This document shows positions 1 to 15,000 of a DNA stretch of 46,820 bases, one piece after another (position 1 is the first letter of the stretch; each line of letters begins with the position of its first letter). Source of the DNA: Nemertoderma westbladi. Lineage: Eukaryota; Animalia; Xenacoelomorpha. The notes under the pieces were generated by a model that searched no databases, had not been told where the DNA came from, and saw only the letters and a list, made by a program, of their open reading frames with translations. The stretch is from NCBI GenBank assembly GCA_032718475.1, contig JAUCBJ010006482.1, positions 1-46,820 of the forward strand. The letters are read 5' to 3'. A program made the position numbers and the translations under genes.

Positions 1-3000
1 TATCAGCCTACGGCCCCGTAGTTGCTCACATTATGCTAAGTTATCAGCCTACGTCCCCGTAGTTGCTCACATTATGCTAGCTAACTTATCAGCCTATGTC
101 CCCGTAGTTGCTCACATTATGCTAACTTATCAGCCTACGTCCCCGTAGTTGCTCACATTATGTTAACTTATCAGCCTACGTCCCCGTAGTTGCTCACATT
201 ATGCTAACTTATCAGCCTACGTCCCCGTAGTTGCTCACATTATGCTAACTTATCAGAGCCTACGTCCCCGTTGTTGCTCACATTATGCAACTTATCAGCC
301 TACGTCCCCGTAGTTGCTCACATTATGCTAACTTATCAGCCTACGTCCCCGTAGTTGCTCACATTATGCTAACTTATCAGCCTACGTCCCCGTAGTTGCT
401 CACATTATGCTAACTTATCAGCCTACGTCCCCGTTGTTGCTCACATTATGTTAACTTATCAGCCTACGTCCCCGTAGTTGCTCACATTATGCTAACTTAT
501 CAGCCTACGACCCCGTAGTTGCTCACATTATGCTAGCTAACTTATCAGCCTACGGCCCCGTAGTTGCTCACATTATGCTAACTTATCAGCCTACGGCCCC
601 GTAGTTGCTCACATTATGCTAGCTAACTTATCAGCCTACGTCCCCGTTGTTGCTCACATTATGCTAACTTATCAGCCTACGTCCCCGTTGTTGCTCACAT
701 TATGCTAAGTTATCAGCGTACGTCCCCGTAGTTGCTCACATTATGCTAGCTAACTTATCAGCCTACGTCCCCGTAGTTGCTCACATTATGCTAACTTATC
801 AGCCTACGTCCCCGTAGTTGCTCACATTATGTTAACTTATCAGCCTACGTCCCCGTAGTTGCTCACATTATGCTAACTTATCAGCCTACGTCCCCGTAGT
901 TACTCACATTATGCTAACTTATCAGCCTACGTCCCCGTTGTTGCTCACATTATGCTAACTTATCTGCCTACGTCCCCGTAGTTGCTCACATTATGCTAAC
1001 TTATCAGAGCCTACATCCCCGTTGTTGCTCACATTATGCAACTTATCAGCCTACGTCCCCGTAGTTGCTCACATTATGCTAACTTATCAGCCTACGTCCC
1101 CGTAGTTGCTCACATTATGCTAACTTATCAGCCTACGTCCCCGTAGTTGCTCACATTATGCTAACTTATCACCCTACGTCCCCGTTGTTGCTCACATTAT
1201 GTTAACTTATCAGCCTACGTCCCCGTAGTTGCTCACATTATGCTAACTTATCAGCCTACGGCCCCGTAGTTGCTCACATTATGCTAGCTAACATATCTGC
1301 CTACGACCCCGTAGTTGCTCACATTATGCTAGCTAACTTATCAGCCTACGGCCCCGTAGTTGCTCACATTATGCTAACTTATCAGCCTACGGCCCCGTAG
1401 TTGCTCACATTATGCTAGCTAACTTATCAGCCTACGTCCCCGTTGTTGCTCACATTATGCTAACTTATCAGCCTACGTCCCCGTTGTTGCTCACATTATG
1501 CTAAGTTATCAGCCTACGTCCCCGTAGTTGCTCACATTATGCTAGCTAACTTATCAGCCTACGTCCCCGTAGTTGCTCACATTATGCTAACTTATCAGCC
1601 TACGTCCCAGTAGTTGCTCACATTATGTTAACTTATCAGCCTACGTCCCCGTAGTTTCTCACATTATGCTAAACTTATCAGCCTACGTCCCCGTAGTTAC
1701 TCACATTATGCTAACTTATCAGCCTACGTCCCCGTTGTTGCTCACATTATGCTAACTTATCTGCCTACGTCCCCGTAGTTGCTCACATTATGTTAACTTA
1801 TCAGCCTACGTCCCCGTAGTTGCTCACATTATGCTAACTTATCAGCCTACGTCCCCTTAGTTGCTCACATTATGCTAACATATCAGCCTACGGCCCCGTT
1901 GTTGCTCACATTATGCTAACTTATCAGCCTACGTCCCCGTAGTTGCTCACATTATGCTAACTTATCAGCCTACGGCCCCGTAGTTGCTCACATTATGCTA
2001 ACTTATCAGCCTACGTCCCCTTAGTTGCTCACATTATGCTAACATATCAGCCTACGGCCCCATTGTTGCTCACATTATGCTAACTTATCAGCCTACGTCC
2101 CCGTAGTTGCTCACATTATGTTAACTTATCAGCCTACGGCCCCGTAGTTGCTCACATTATGCTAACTTATCAGCCTACGTCCCCGTAGTTGCTCACATTA
2201 TGCTAACTTATCAGCCTACGTCCCCGTAGTTGCTCACATTATGCTAACTTATCAGCCTACGTCCCCGTAGTTGCTCACATTATGCTAACTTATCAGCCTA
2301 CGTCCCCGTAGTTGCTCACATTATGCTAACTTATCAGCCTACATCCCCGTAGTTGCTCACATTATGCTAACTTATCAGCCTACGTCCCCGTAGTTGCTCA
2401 CATTATGCTAGCTAACTTATCAGCCTACGTCCCCGTAGTTGCTCACATTATGCTAACTTATCAGCCTACGTCCCCGTAGTTGCTCACATTATGCTAGCTA
2501 ATTTATCAGCCTACGTCCCCGTAGTTGCTCACATTATGCTAACTTATCAGCCTACGTCCCCGTAGTTGCTCACATTATGCTAGCTAACTTATCAGCCTAC
2601 GTCCCCGTAGTTGCTCACATTATGCTAACTTATCAGCCTACGTCCCCGTAGTTGCTCACATTATGCTAACTTATCAGCCTACGTCCCCGTAGTTGCTCAC
2701 ATTATGCTAGCTAACTTATCAGCCTACGTTCCCGTAGTTGCTCACATTATGGTAACTTATCAGCCTACGGCTCCGTAGTTGCTCACATTATGCTAACTTA
2801 TCAGCCTACGTCCCCGTAGTTGCTCACATTATGCTAACTTATCAGCCTACGTCCCCGTTGTTGCTCACATTATGCTAGCTAACTTATCAGCCTACGTCCC
2901 CGTAGTTGCTCACATTATGCTAGCTAACTTATCAGCCTACGTCCCCGTAGTTGCTCACATTATGCTAGCTAACTTATCAGCCTACGTCCCCGTTGTTGCT

Positions 3001-6000
3001 CACATTATGCTAACTTATCAGCCTACGTCCCCGTAGTTGCTCACATTATGCAACTTATCAGCCTACGGCAGCGTAGTTGCTCACATTATGCTAAGTTATC
3101 AGCCTATGTCCCCGTAGTTGCTCACATTATGCTAGCTAACTTATCAGCCTACGTCCCCGTAGTTGCTCACATTATGCTAACTTATCAGCCTACGTCCCCG
3201 TAGTTGCTCACATTATGTTAACTTATCAGCCTACGTCCCCGTAGTTGCTCACATTATGCTAAATTATCAGCCTAAGTCCCCGTAGTTGCTCACGTTATGT
3301 TAACTTATCAGCCTACGTCCCCGTAGTTGCTCACATTATGCTAACTTATCAGCCTACGTCCCCGTAGTTACTCACATTATGCTAACTTATCAGCCTACGT
3401 CCCCGTTGTTGCTCACATTATGCTAACTTCTCTGCCTACGTCCCCGTAGTTGCTCACATTATGTTAACTTATCAGCCTACGTCCCCGTAGTTGCTCACAT
3501 TATGCTAACTTATCAGCCTACGTCCCCTTAGTTGCTCACATTATGCTAACATATCAGCCTACGGCCCCATTGTTGCTCACATTATGCTAACTTATCAGCC
3601 TACGTCCCCGTATTTGCTCACATTATGCTAACTTATCAGCCTACGGCCCCGTAGTTGCTCACATTATGCTAACTTATCAGCCTACGTCCCCTTAGTTGCT
3701 CACATTATGCTAACATATCAGCCTACGTCCCCGTAGTTGCTCACATTATGCTAACTTATCAGCCTACGTCCCCGTAGTTGCTCACATTATGCTAACTTAT
3801 CAGCCTACGTCCCCGTAGTTGCTCACATTATGCTAACTTATCAGCCTACGTCCCCGTAGTTGCTCACATTATGCTAACTTATCAGCCTACGTCCCCGTAG
3901 TTGCTCACATTATGCTAACTTATCAGCCTACGTCCCCGTAGTTGCTCACATTATGCTAACTTATCAGCCTACGTCCCCGTAGTTGCTCACATTATGCTAG
4001 CTAACTTATCAGCCTACGTCCCCGTAGTTGCTCACATTATGCTAACTTATCAGCCTACGTCCCCGTAGTTGCTCACATTATGCTAGCTAACTTATCAGCC
4101 TACGTCCCCGTAGTTGCTCACATTATGCTAACTTATCAGCCTACGTCCCCGTAGTTGCTCACATTATGCTAGCTAACTTATCAGCCTACGTCCCCGTAGT
4201 TGCTCACATTATGCTAACTTATCAGCCTACGGCTCCGTAGTTTCTCACAGTATGCTAACGTATCAGCCTACGTCCCCGTAGTTGCTCACATTATGCTAAC
4301 TTATCAGCCTACGTCCCCGTAGTTGCTCACATTACGCTAGCTAACTTATCAGCCTACGTTCCCGTAGTTGCTCACATTATGCTAACTTATCAGCCTACGG
4401 CTCCGTAGTTGCTCACATTATGCTAACTTATCAGCCTACGTCCCCGTAGTTGCTCACATTATGCTAACTTATCAGCCTACGTCCCCGTTGTTGCTCACAT
4501 TATGCTAGCTAACTTATCAGCCTACGTCCACGTAGTTGCTCACATTATGCTAGCTAACTTATCAGCCTACGTCCCCGTAGTTGCTCACATTATGCTAACT
4601 TATCAGCCTACGTCCCCGTAGTTGCTCACATTATGCTAGCTAACTTATCAGCCTACGTCCCCGTTGTTGCTCACATTATGCTAACTTATCAGCCTACGTC
4701 CCCGTAGTTGCTCACATTATGCAACTTATCAGCCTACGTCCCCGTAGTTGCTCACATTATGCTAACTTATCAGCCTACGTCCCCGTAGTTGCTCACATTA
4801 TGCAACTTATCAGCCTACGTCCCCGTAGTTGCTCACATTATGCTAACTTATCAGCCTACGTCCCCGTTGTTGCTCACATTATGCTAACTTATCAGCCTAC
4901 GGCCCCGTAGTTGCTCACATTATGCTAACTTATCAGCCTACGTCCCCGTAGTTGCTCACATTATGCAACTTATCAGCCTACGTCCCCGTAGTTGCTCACA
5001 TTATGCTAACTTATCAGCCTACGGCCCCGCAGTTGCTCACATTATGCTAACTTATCAGCCTACGTCCCCGTAGTTGCTCACATTATGCTAACTTATCAGC
5101 CTACGTCCCCGTCGTTGCTCACATTATGCTAACTTATCAGCCTACGGCCCCGTAGTTGCTCACATTATGCTAACTTATCAGCCTACGTCCCCGTAGTTGC
5201 TCACAATGCTAACTTATCAGCCTACGTCCCCGTAGTTGCTCACATTATGCTAGCTAACTTATCAGCCTACGTCCCCGTAGTTGCTCACATTATGCTAACT
5301 TATCAGAGCCTACGTCCCCGTTGTTGCTCACATTATGCAACTTATCAGCCTACGTCCCCGTAGTTGCTCACATTATGCTAACTTATCAGCCTACGTCCCC
5401 GTAGTTGCTCACATTATGCTAACTTATCAGCCTACGTCCCCGTAGTTGCTCACATTATGCTAACTTATCAGCCTACGTCCCCGTTGTTGCTCACATTATG
5501 TTAACTTATCAGCCTACGTCCCCGTAGTTTCTCACATTATGCTAACTTATCAGCCTACGGCCCCGTAGTTGCTCACATTATGCTAGCTAACATATCTGCC
5601 TACGACCCCGTCGTTGCTCACATTATGCTAGCTAACTTATCAGCCTACGTCCCCGTAGTTGCTCACATTATGCAACTTATCAGCCTACGTCCCCGTAGTT
5701 GCTCACATTATGCTAACTTATCAGCCTACGTCCCCGTAGTTGCTCACATTATGCTAACTTATCAGCCTACGTCCCCGTAGTTGCTCACATTATGCTAACT
5801 TATCAGCCTACGTCCCCGTTGTTGCTCACATTATGCTAACTTATCAGCCTACGGCCCCGTAGTTGCTCACATTATGCTAACTTATCAGCCTACGTCCCCG
5901 TAGTTGCTCACATTATGCAACTTATCAGCCTACGTCCCCGTAGTTGCTCACATTATGCTAACTTATCAGCCTACGGCCCCGTAGTTGCTCACATTATGCT

Positions 6001-9000
6001 AACTTATCAGCCTACGTCCCCGTAGTTGCTCACATTATGCTAACTTATCAGCCTACGTCCCCGTAGTTGCTCACAGTATGTTAACTTATCAGCCTACGTC
6101 CCCGTAGTTGCTCACATTATGCTAACTTATCAGCCTACGTCCCCGTAGTTGCTCACATTATGCTAACTTATCAGCCTACGTCCCCGTAGTTGCTCACATT
6201 ATGCTAACTTATCAGCCTACGTACCCGTAGTTGCTCACATTATGCAACTTATCAGCCTACGTCCCCGTAGTTGCTCACATTATGCTAACTTATCAGCCTA
6301 CGGCCCCGTAGTTGCTCACATTATGCTAACTTATCAGCCTACGTCCCCGTAGTTGCTCACATTATGCTAACTTATCAGCCTACGTCCCCGTCGTTGCTCA
6401 CATTATGCTAACTTATCAGCCTACGGCCCCGTAGTTGCTCACATTATGCTAACTTATCAGCCTACGTCCCCGTAGTTGCTCACATTATGCTAACTTATCA
6501 GCCTACGTCCCCGTAGTTGCTCACATTATGCTAACTTATCAGACTACGTACCCGTAGTTGCTCACATTATGCTAACTTATCAGCCTACGTCCCCGGAGTT
6601 GCTCACATTATGCTAACTTATCAGCCCACGGCCCCGTAGTTGCTCACATTATGCTAACTTATCAGCCACGGCCCCGTAGTTTCTCACAATAGGCTAACTT
6701 ATCAGCCTACGTCCCCGTAGTTGCTCACATTATGCTAACTTATCAGCCTAGTCCCCGTAGTTGCTCACATTATGCTAACTTATCAGCCTACGTCCCCGTA
6801 GTTGCTCACATTATGCTAACTTATCAGCCTACGTCCCCGTTGTTGCTCACATTATGCTAACTTATCAGCCTACGTCCCCTTAGTTGCTCACATTATGCTA
6901 ACTTATCAGCCTACGTCCCCGTAGTTGCTCACATTATGCTAACTTATCAGCCTACGCCCCCGTAGTTGCTCACATTATGCTAACTTATCAGCCTACGTCC
7001 CCGTTGTTGCTCACATTATGCTAACTTATCAGCCTACGGCCCCGTAGTTTCTCACATTATGCTAACTTATCAGCCTACGTCCCCGTAGTTGCTCACATTA
7101 TGCTAGCTAACTTATCAGCCTACGTTCCCGTAGTTGCTCACATTATGCTAGCTAACTTATCAGCCTACGTCCCCGTAGTTGCTCACATTATGTTAGTTAA
7201 CTTATCAGCCGACGTCCCCGTAGTTGCTCACATTATGCTAACTTATCAGCCTACGTCCCCGTAGTTGCTCACATTATGCAACTTATCAGCCTACGTCCCC
7301 GTAGTTGCTCACATTATGCTAGCTAACTTATCAGCCTACGTCCCCGTTGTTGCTCACATTATGCTAACTTATCAGCCTACGTCCCTGTTGTTGCTCACAT
7401 TATGCTAACTTATCAGCCTACGTCCCCGTAGTTGCTCACATTATGCTAACTTATCAGCCTACGTCCCCGTAGTTGCTCACATTATGCTAGCTAATTTATC
7501 AGCCTACGTCCCCGTAGTTGCTCACATTATGCTAGCTAACCTATCAGCCTACGACCCCGTAGTTGCTCACATTATGCTAACTTATCAGCCTACGGCTCCG
7601 TAGTTGCTCACAGTATGCTAACTTATCAGCCTACGTCCCCGTAGTTGCTCACATTATGCTAACTTATCAGCCTACGTCCCCGTAGTTGCTCACATTATGC
7701 TAGCTAACTTATCAGCCTACGTTCCCGTAGTTGCTCACATTATGGTAACTTATCAGCCTACGGCTCCGTAGTTGCTCACATTATGCTAACTTATCAGCCT
7801 ACGTCCCCGTAGTTGCTCACATTATGCTAACTTATCAGCCTACGTCCCCGTTGTTGCTCACATTATGCTAGCTAACTTATCAGCCTACGTCCCCGTAGTT
7901 GCTCACATTATGCTAGCTAACTTATCAGCCTACGTCCCCGTAGTTGCTCACATTATGCTAGCTAACTTATCAGCCTACGTCCCCGTTGTTGCTCACATTA
8001 TGCTAACTTATCAGCCTACGTCCCCGTAGTTGCTCACATTATGCAACTTATCAGCCTACGGCCCCGTAGTTGCTCACATTATGCTAAGTTATCAGCCTAT
8101 GTCCCCGTAGTTGCTCACATTATGCTAGCTAACTTATCAGCCTACGTCCCCGTAGTTGCTCACATTATGCTAACTTATCAGCCTACGTCCCCGTAGTTGC
8201 TCACATTATGTTAACTTATCAGCCTACGTCCCCGTAGTTGCTCACATTATGCTAAATTATCAGCCTACGTCCCCGTAGTTGCTCACGTTATGTTAACTTA
8301 TCAGCCTACGTCCCCGTAGTTGCTCACATTATGCTAACTTATCAGCCTACGTCCCCGTAGTTACTCACATTATGCTAACTTATCAGCCTACGTCCCCGTT
8401 GTTGCTCACATTATGCTAACTTATCTGCCTACGTCCCCGTAGTTGCTCACATTATGTTAACTTATCAGCCTACGTCCCCGTAGTTGCTCACATTATGCTA
8501 ACTTATCAGCCTACGTCCCCTTAGTTGCTCACATTATGCTAACATATCAGCCTACGGCCCCATTGTTGCTCACATTATGCTAACTTATCAGCCTACGTCC
8601 CCGTATTTGCTCACATTATGCTAACTTATCAGCCTACGGCCCCGTAGTTGCTCACATTATGCTAACTTATCAGCCTACGTCCCCTTAGTTGCTCACATTA
8701 TGCTAACATATCAGCCTACGTCCCCGTAGTTGCTCACATTATGCTAACTTATCAGCCTACGTCCCCGTAGTTGCTCACATTATGCTAACTTATCAGCCTA
8801 CGTCCCCGTTGTTGCTCACATTATGCTAACTTATCAGCCTACGTCCCCGTAGTTGCTCACATTATGCTAACTTATCAGCCTACGTCCCCGTAGTTGCTCA
8901 CATTATGCTAACTTATCAGCCTACGTCCCCGTAGTTGCTCACATTATGCTAACTTATCAGCCTACGTCCCCGTAGTTGCTCACATTATGCTAACTTATCA

Positions 9001-12000
9001 GCCTACGTCCCCGTAGTTGCTCACATTATGCTAACTTATCAGCCTACGTCCCCGTAGTTGCTCACATTATGCTAACTTATCAGCCTACGTCCCCGTTGTT
9101 GCTCACATTATGCTAGCTAACTTATCAGCCTACGTCCCCGTAGTTGCTCACATTATGCTAGCTAACTTATCAGCCTACGTCCCCGTAGTTGCTCACATTA
9201 TGCTAGCTAACTTATCAGCCTACGTCCCCGTTGTTGCTCACATTATGCTAACTTATCAGCCTACGTCCCCGTAGTTGCTCACATTATGCAACTTATCAGC
9301 CTACGGCCCCGTAGTTGCTCACATTATGCTAAGTTATCAGCCTATGTCCCCGTAGTTGCTCACATTATGCTAGCTAACTTATCAGCCTACGTCCCCGTAG
9401 TTGCTCACATTATGCTAACTTATCAGCCTACGTCCCCGTAGTTGCTCACATTATGTTAACTTATCAGCCTACGTCCCCGTAGTTGCTCACATTATGCTAA
9501 ATTATCAGCCTACGTCCCCGTAGTTGCTCACGTTATGTTAACTTATCAGCCTACGTCCCCGTAGTTGCTCACATTATGCTAACTTATCAGCCTACGTCCC
9601 CGTAGTTACTCACATTATGCTAACTTATCAGCCTACGTCCCCGTTGTTGCTCACATTATGCTAACTTATCTGCCTACGTCCCCGTAGTTGCTCACATTAT
9701 GTTAACTTATCAGCCTACGTCCCCGTAGTTGCTCACATTATGCTAACTTATCAGCCTACGTCCCCTTAGTTGCTCACATTATGCTAACATATCAGCCTAC
9801 GGCCCCATTGTTGCTCACATTATGCTAACTTATCAGCCTACGTCCCCGTATTTGCTCACATTATGCTAACTTATCAGCCTACGGCCCCGTAGTTGCTCAC
9901 ATTATGCTAACTTATCAGCCTACGTCCCCTTAGTTGCTCACATTATGCTAACATATCAGCCTACGTCCCCGTAGTTGCTCACATTATGCTAACTTATCAG
10001 CCTACGTCCCCGTAGTTGCTCACATTATGCTAACTTATCAGCCTACGTCCCCGTTGTTGCTCACATTATGCTAACTTATCAGCCTACGTCCCCGTAGTTG
10101 CTCACATTATGCTAACTTATCAGCCTACGTCCCCGTAGTTGCTCACATTATGCTAACTTATCAGCCTACGTCCCCGTAGTTGCTCACATTATGCTAACTT
10201 ATCAGCCTACGTCCCCGTAGTTGCTCACATTATGCTAACTTATCAGCCTACGTCCCCGTAGTTGCTCACATTATGCTAACTTATCAGCCTACGTCCCCGT
10301 AGTTGCTCACATTATGCTAGCTAACTTATCAGCCTACGTCCCCGTAGTTGCTCACATTATGCTAACTTATCAGCCTACGTCCCCGTAGTTGCTCACATTA
10401 TGCTAGCTAACTTATCAGCCTACGTCCCCGTAGTTGCTCACATTATGCTAACTTATCAGCCTACGTCCCCGTAGTTGCTCACATTATGCTAGCTAACTTA
10501 TCAGCCTACGTCCCCGTAGTTGCTCACATTATGCTAACTTATCAGCCTACGGCTCCGTAGTTGCTCACAGTATGCTAACTTATCAGCCTACGTCCCCGTA
10601 GTTGCTCACATTATGCTAACTTATCAGCCTACGTCCCCGTAGTTGCTCACATTATGCTAGCTAACTTATCAGCCTACGTTCCCGTAGTTGCTCACATTAT
10701 GCTAACTTATCAGCCTACGGCTCCGTAGTTGCTCACATTATGCTAACTTATCAGCCTACGTCCCCGTAGTTGCTCACATTATGCTAACATATCAGCCTAC
10801 GTCCCCGTAGTTGCTCACATTATGCTAACTTATCAGCCTACGTCCCCGTAGTTGCTCACATTATGCTAACTTATCAGCCTACGTCCCCGTTGTTGCTCAC
10901 ATTATGCTAACTTATCAGCCTACGTCCCCGTAGTTGCTCACATTATGCTAACTTATCAGCCTACGTCCCCGTAGTTGCTCACATTATGCTAACTTATCAG
11001 CCTACGTCCCCGTAGTTGCTCACATTATGCTAACTTATCAGCCTACGTCCCCGTAGTTGCTCACATTATGCTAGCTAACTTATCAGCCTACGTCCCCGTA
11101 GTTGCTCACATTATGCTAACTTATCAGCCTACGTCCCCGTAGTTGCTCACATTATGCTAGCTAACTTATCAGCCTACGTCCCCGTAGTTGCTCACATTAT
11201 GCTAACTTATCAGCCTAAGGCTCCGTAGTTGCTCACAGTATGCTAACGTATCAGCCTACGTCCCCGTTGTTGCTCACATTATGCTAACTTATCAGCCTAC
11301 GTCCCCGTAGTTGCTCACATTACGCTAGCTAACTTATCAGCCTACGTTCCCGTAGTTGCTCACATTATGCTAACTTATCAGCCTACGGCTCCGTAGTTGC
11401 TCACATTATGCTAACTTATCAGCCTACGTCCCCGTAGTTGCTCACATTATGCTAACTTATCAGCCTACGTCCCCGTTGTTGCTCACATTATGCTAGCTAA
11501 CTTATCAGCCTACGTCCACGTAGTTGCTCACATTATGCTAGCTAACTTATCAGCCTACGTCCCCGTAGTTGCTCACATTATGCTAACTTATCAGCCTACG
11601 TCCCCGTAGTTGCTCACATTATGCTAGCTAACTTATCAGCCTACGTCCCCGTTGTTGCTCACATTATGCTAACTTATCAGCCTACGTCCCCGTAGTTGCT
11701 CACATTATGCAACTTATCAGCCTACGTCCCCGTAGTTGCTCACATTATGCTAACTTATCAGCCTACGTCCCCGTAGTTGCTCACATTATGCAACTTATCA
11801 GCCTACGTCCCCGTAGTTGCTCACATTATGCTAACTTATCAGCCTACGTCCCCGTTGTTGCTCACATTATGCTAACTTATCAGCCTACGGCCCCGTAGTT
11901 GCTCACATTATGCTAACTTATCAGCCTACGTCCCCGTAGTTGCTCACATTATGCAACTTATCAGCCTACGTCCCCGTAGTTGCTCACATTATGCTAACTT

Positions 12001-15000
12001 ATCAGCCTACGGCCCCGCAGTTGCTCACATTATGCTAACTTATCAGCCTACGTCCCCGTAGTTGCTCACATTATGCTAACTTATCAGCCTACGTCCCCGT
12101 AGTTGCTCACAGTATGTTAACTTATCAGCCTACGTCCCCGTAGTTGCTCACATTATGCTAACTTATCAGCCTACGTCCCCGTAGTTGCTCACATTATGCT
12201 AACTTATCAGCCTACGTCCCCGTAGTTGCTCACATTATGCTAACTTATCAGCCTACGTACCCGTAGTTGCTCACATTATGCAACTTATCAGCCTACGTCC
12301 CCGTAGTTGCTCACATTATGCTAACTTATCAGCCTACGGCTCCGCAGTTGCTCACATTATGCTAACTTATCAGCCTACGTCCCCGTAGTTGCTCACATTA
12401 TGCTAACTTATCAGCCTACGTCCCCGTCGTTGCTCACATTATGCTAACTTATCAGCCTACGGCCCCGTAGTTGCTCACATTATGCTAACTTATCAGCCTA
12501 CGTCCCCGTAGTTGCTCACAATGCTAACTTATCAGCCTACGTCCCCGTAGTTGCTCACATTATGCTAGCTAACTTATCAGCCTACGTCCCCGTAGTTGCT
12601 CACATTATGCTAACTTATCAGAGCCTACGTCCCCGTTGTTGCTCACATTATGCAACTTATCAGCCTACGTCCCCGTAGTTGCTCACATTATGCTAACTTA
12701 TCAGCCTACGTCCCCGTAGTTGCTCACATTATGCTAACTTATCAGCCTACGTCCCCGTAGTTGCTCACATTATGCTAACTTATCAGCCTACGTCCCCGTT
12801 GTTGCTCACATTATGTTAACTTATCAGCCTACGTCCCCGTAGTTTCTCACATTATGCTAACTTATCAGCCTACGGCCCCGTAGTTGCTCACATTATGCTA
12901 GCTAACATATCTGCCTACGACCCCGTAGTTGCTCACATTATGCTAGCTAACTTATCAGCCTACGGCCCCGTAGTTGCTCACATTATGCTAACTTATCAGC
13001 CTACGGCCCCGTAGTTGCTCACATTATGCTAGCTAACATATCAGCCTACGTCCCCGTAGTTGCTCACATTATGCTAACTTATCAGCCTACGTTCCCGTAG
13101 TTGCTCACATTATGCTAACTTATCAGCCTACGTTTCCGTAGTTGCTCACATTATGCTAACTTATCAGCCTACGTCCCCGTAGTTGCTCACATTATGCTAA
13201 CTTATCAGACTACGTACCCGTAGTTGCTCACATTATGCTAACTTATTAGCCTACGTCCCCGGAGTTGCTCACATTATGCTAACTTATCAGCCCACGGCCC
13301 CGTAGTTTCTCACAATAGGCTAACTTATCAGCCTACGTCCCCGTAGTTGCTCACATTATGCTAACTTATCAGCCTAGTCCCCGTAGTTGCTCACATTATG
13401 CTAACTTATCAGCCTACGTCCCCGTAGTTGCTCACATTATGCTAACTTATCAGCCTACGTCCCCGTTGTTGCTCACATTATGCTAACTTATCAGCCTACG
13501 TCCCCTTAGTTGCTCACATTATGCTAACTTATCAGCCTACGTCCCCGTAGTTGCTCACATTATGCTAACTTATCAGCCTACGCCCCCGTAGTTGCTCACA
13601 TTATGCTAACTTATCAGCCTACGTCCCCGTTGTTGCTCACATTATGCTAACTTATCAGCCTACGGCCCCGTAGTTTCTCACATTATGCTAACTTATCAGC
13701 CTACGTCCCCGTAGTTGCTCACATTATGCTAGCTAACTTATCAGCCTACGTTCCCGTAGTTGCTCACATTATGCTAGCTAACTTATCAGCCTACGTCCCC
13801 GTAGTTGCTCACATTATGTTAGTTAACTTATCAGCCGACGTCCCCGTAGTTGCTCACATTATGCTAACTTATCAGCCTACGTCCCCGTAGTTGCTCACAT
13901 TATGCAACTTATCAGCCTACGTCCCCGTAGTTGCTCACATTATGCTAGCTAACTTATCAGCCTACGTCCCCGTTGTTGTTCACATTATGCTAACTTATCA
14001 GCCTACGTCCCTGTTGTTGCTCACATTATGCTAACTTATCAGCCTACGTCCCCGTAGTTGCTCACATTATGCTAACTTATCAGCCTACGTCCCCGTAGTT
14101 GCTCACATTATGCTAACTTATCAGCCTACGTCCCCGTAGTTGCTCACAGTATGTTAACTTATCAGCCTACGTCCCCGTAGTTGCTCACAGTATGCTAACT
14201 TATCAGCCTACGTCCCCGTAGTTGCTCACATTATACTAACTTATCAGCCTACGTCCCCGTAGTTGCTCACATTATGCTAACTTATCAGCCTACGTCCCCG
14301 TAGTTGCTCACATTATGCTAACTTATCAGCCTACGTCCCCGTAGTTGCTCACATTATGCTAGCTAATTTATCAGCCTACGTCCCCGTAGTTGCTCACATT
14401 ATGCTAGCTAACCTATCAGCCTACGACCCCGTAGTTGCTCACATTATGCTAACTTATCAGCCTACGGCTCCGTAGTTGCTCACAGTATGCTAACTTATCA
14501 GCCTACGTCCCCGTAGTTGCTCACATTATGCTAACTTATCAGCCTACGTCCCCGTAGTTGCTCACATTATGCTAGCTAACTTATCAGCCTACGTTCCCGT
14601 AGTTGCTCACATTATGGTAACTTATCAGCCTACGGCTCCGTAGTTGCTCACATTATGCTAACTTATCAGCCTACGTCCCCGTAGTTGCTCACATTATGCT
14701 AACTTATCAGCCTACGTCCCCGTTGTTGCTCACATTATGCTAGCTAACTTATCAGCCTACGTCCCCGTAGTTGCTCACATTATGCTAGCTAACTTATCAG
14801 CCTACGTCCCCGTAGTTGCTCACATTATGCTAGCTAACTTATCAGCCTACGTCCCCGTTGTTGCTCACATTATGCTAACTTATCAGCCTACGTCCCCGTA
14901 GTTGCTCACATTATGCAACTTATCAGCCTACGGCCCCGTAGTTGCTCACATTATGCTAAGTTATCAGCCTATGTCCCCGTAGTTGCTCACATTATGCTAG

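Noticed and set aside
122-203. Hammerhead ribozyme in the minus strand of the monomer (CUGAUAA...GCAAC-UACG-GGGA-CGUA-GGC)
   Set aside because: The order loosely echoes satellite hammerheads, but the core differs at CUGAUGA, GAAA and the NUH cleavage triplet, and there is no room for helix I. An Infernal search or in vitro cleavage assay would settle it.
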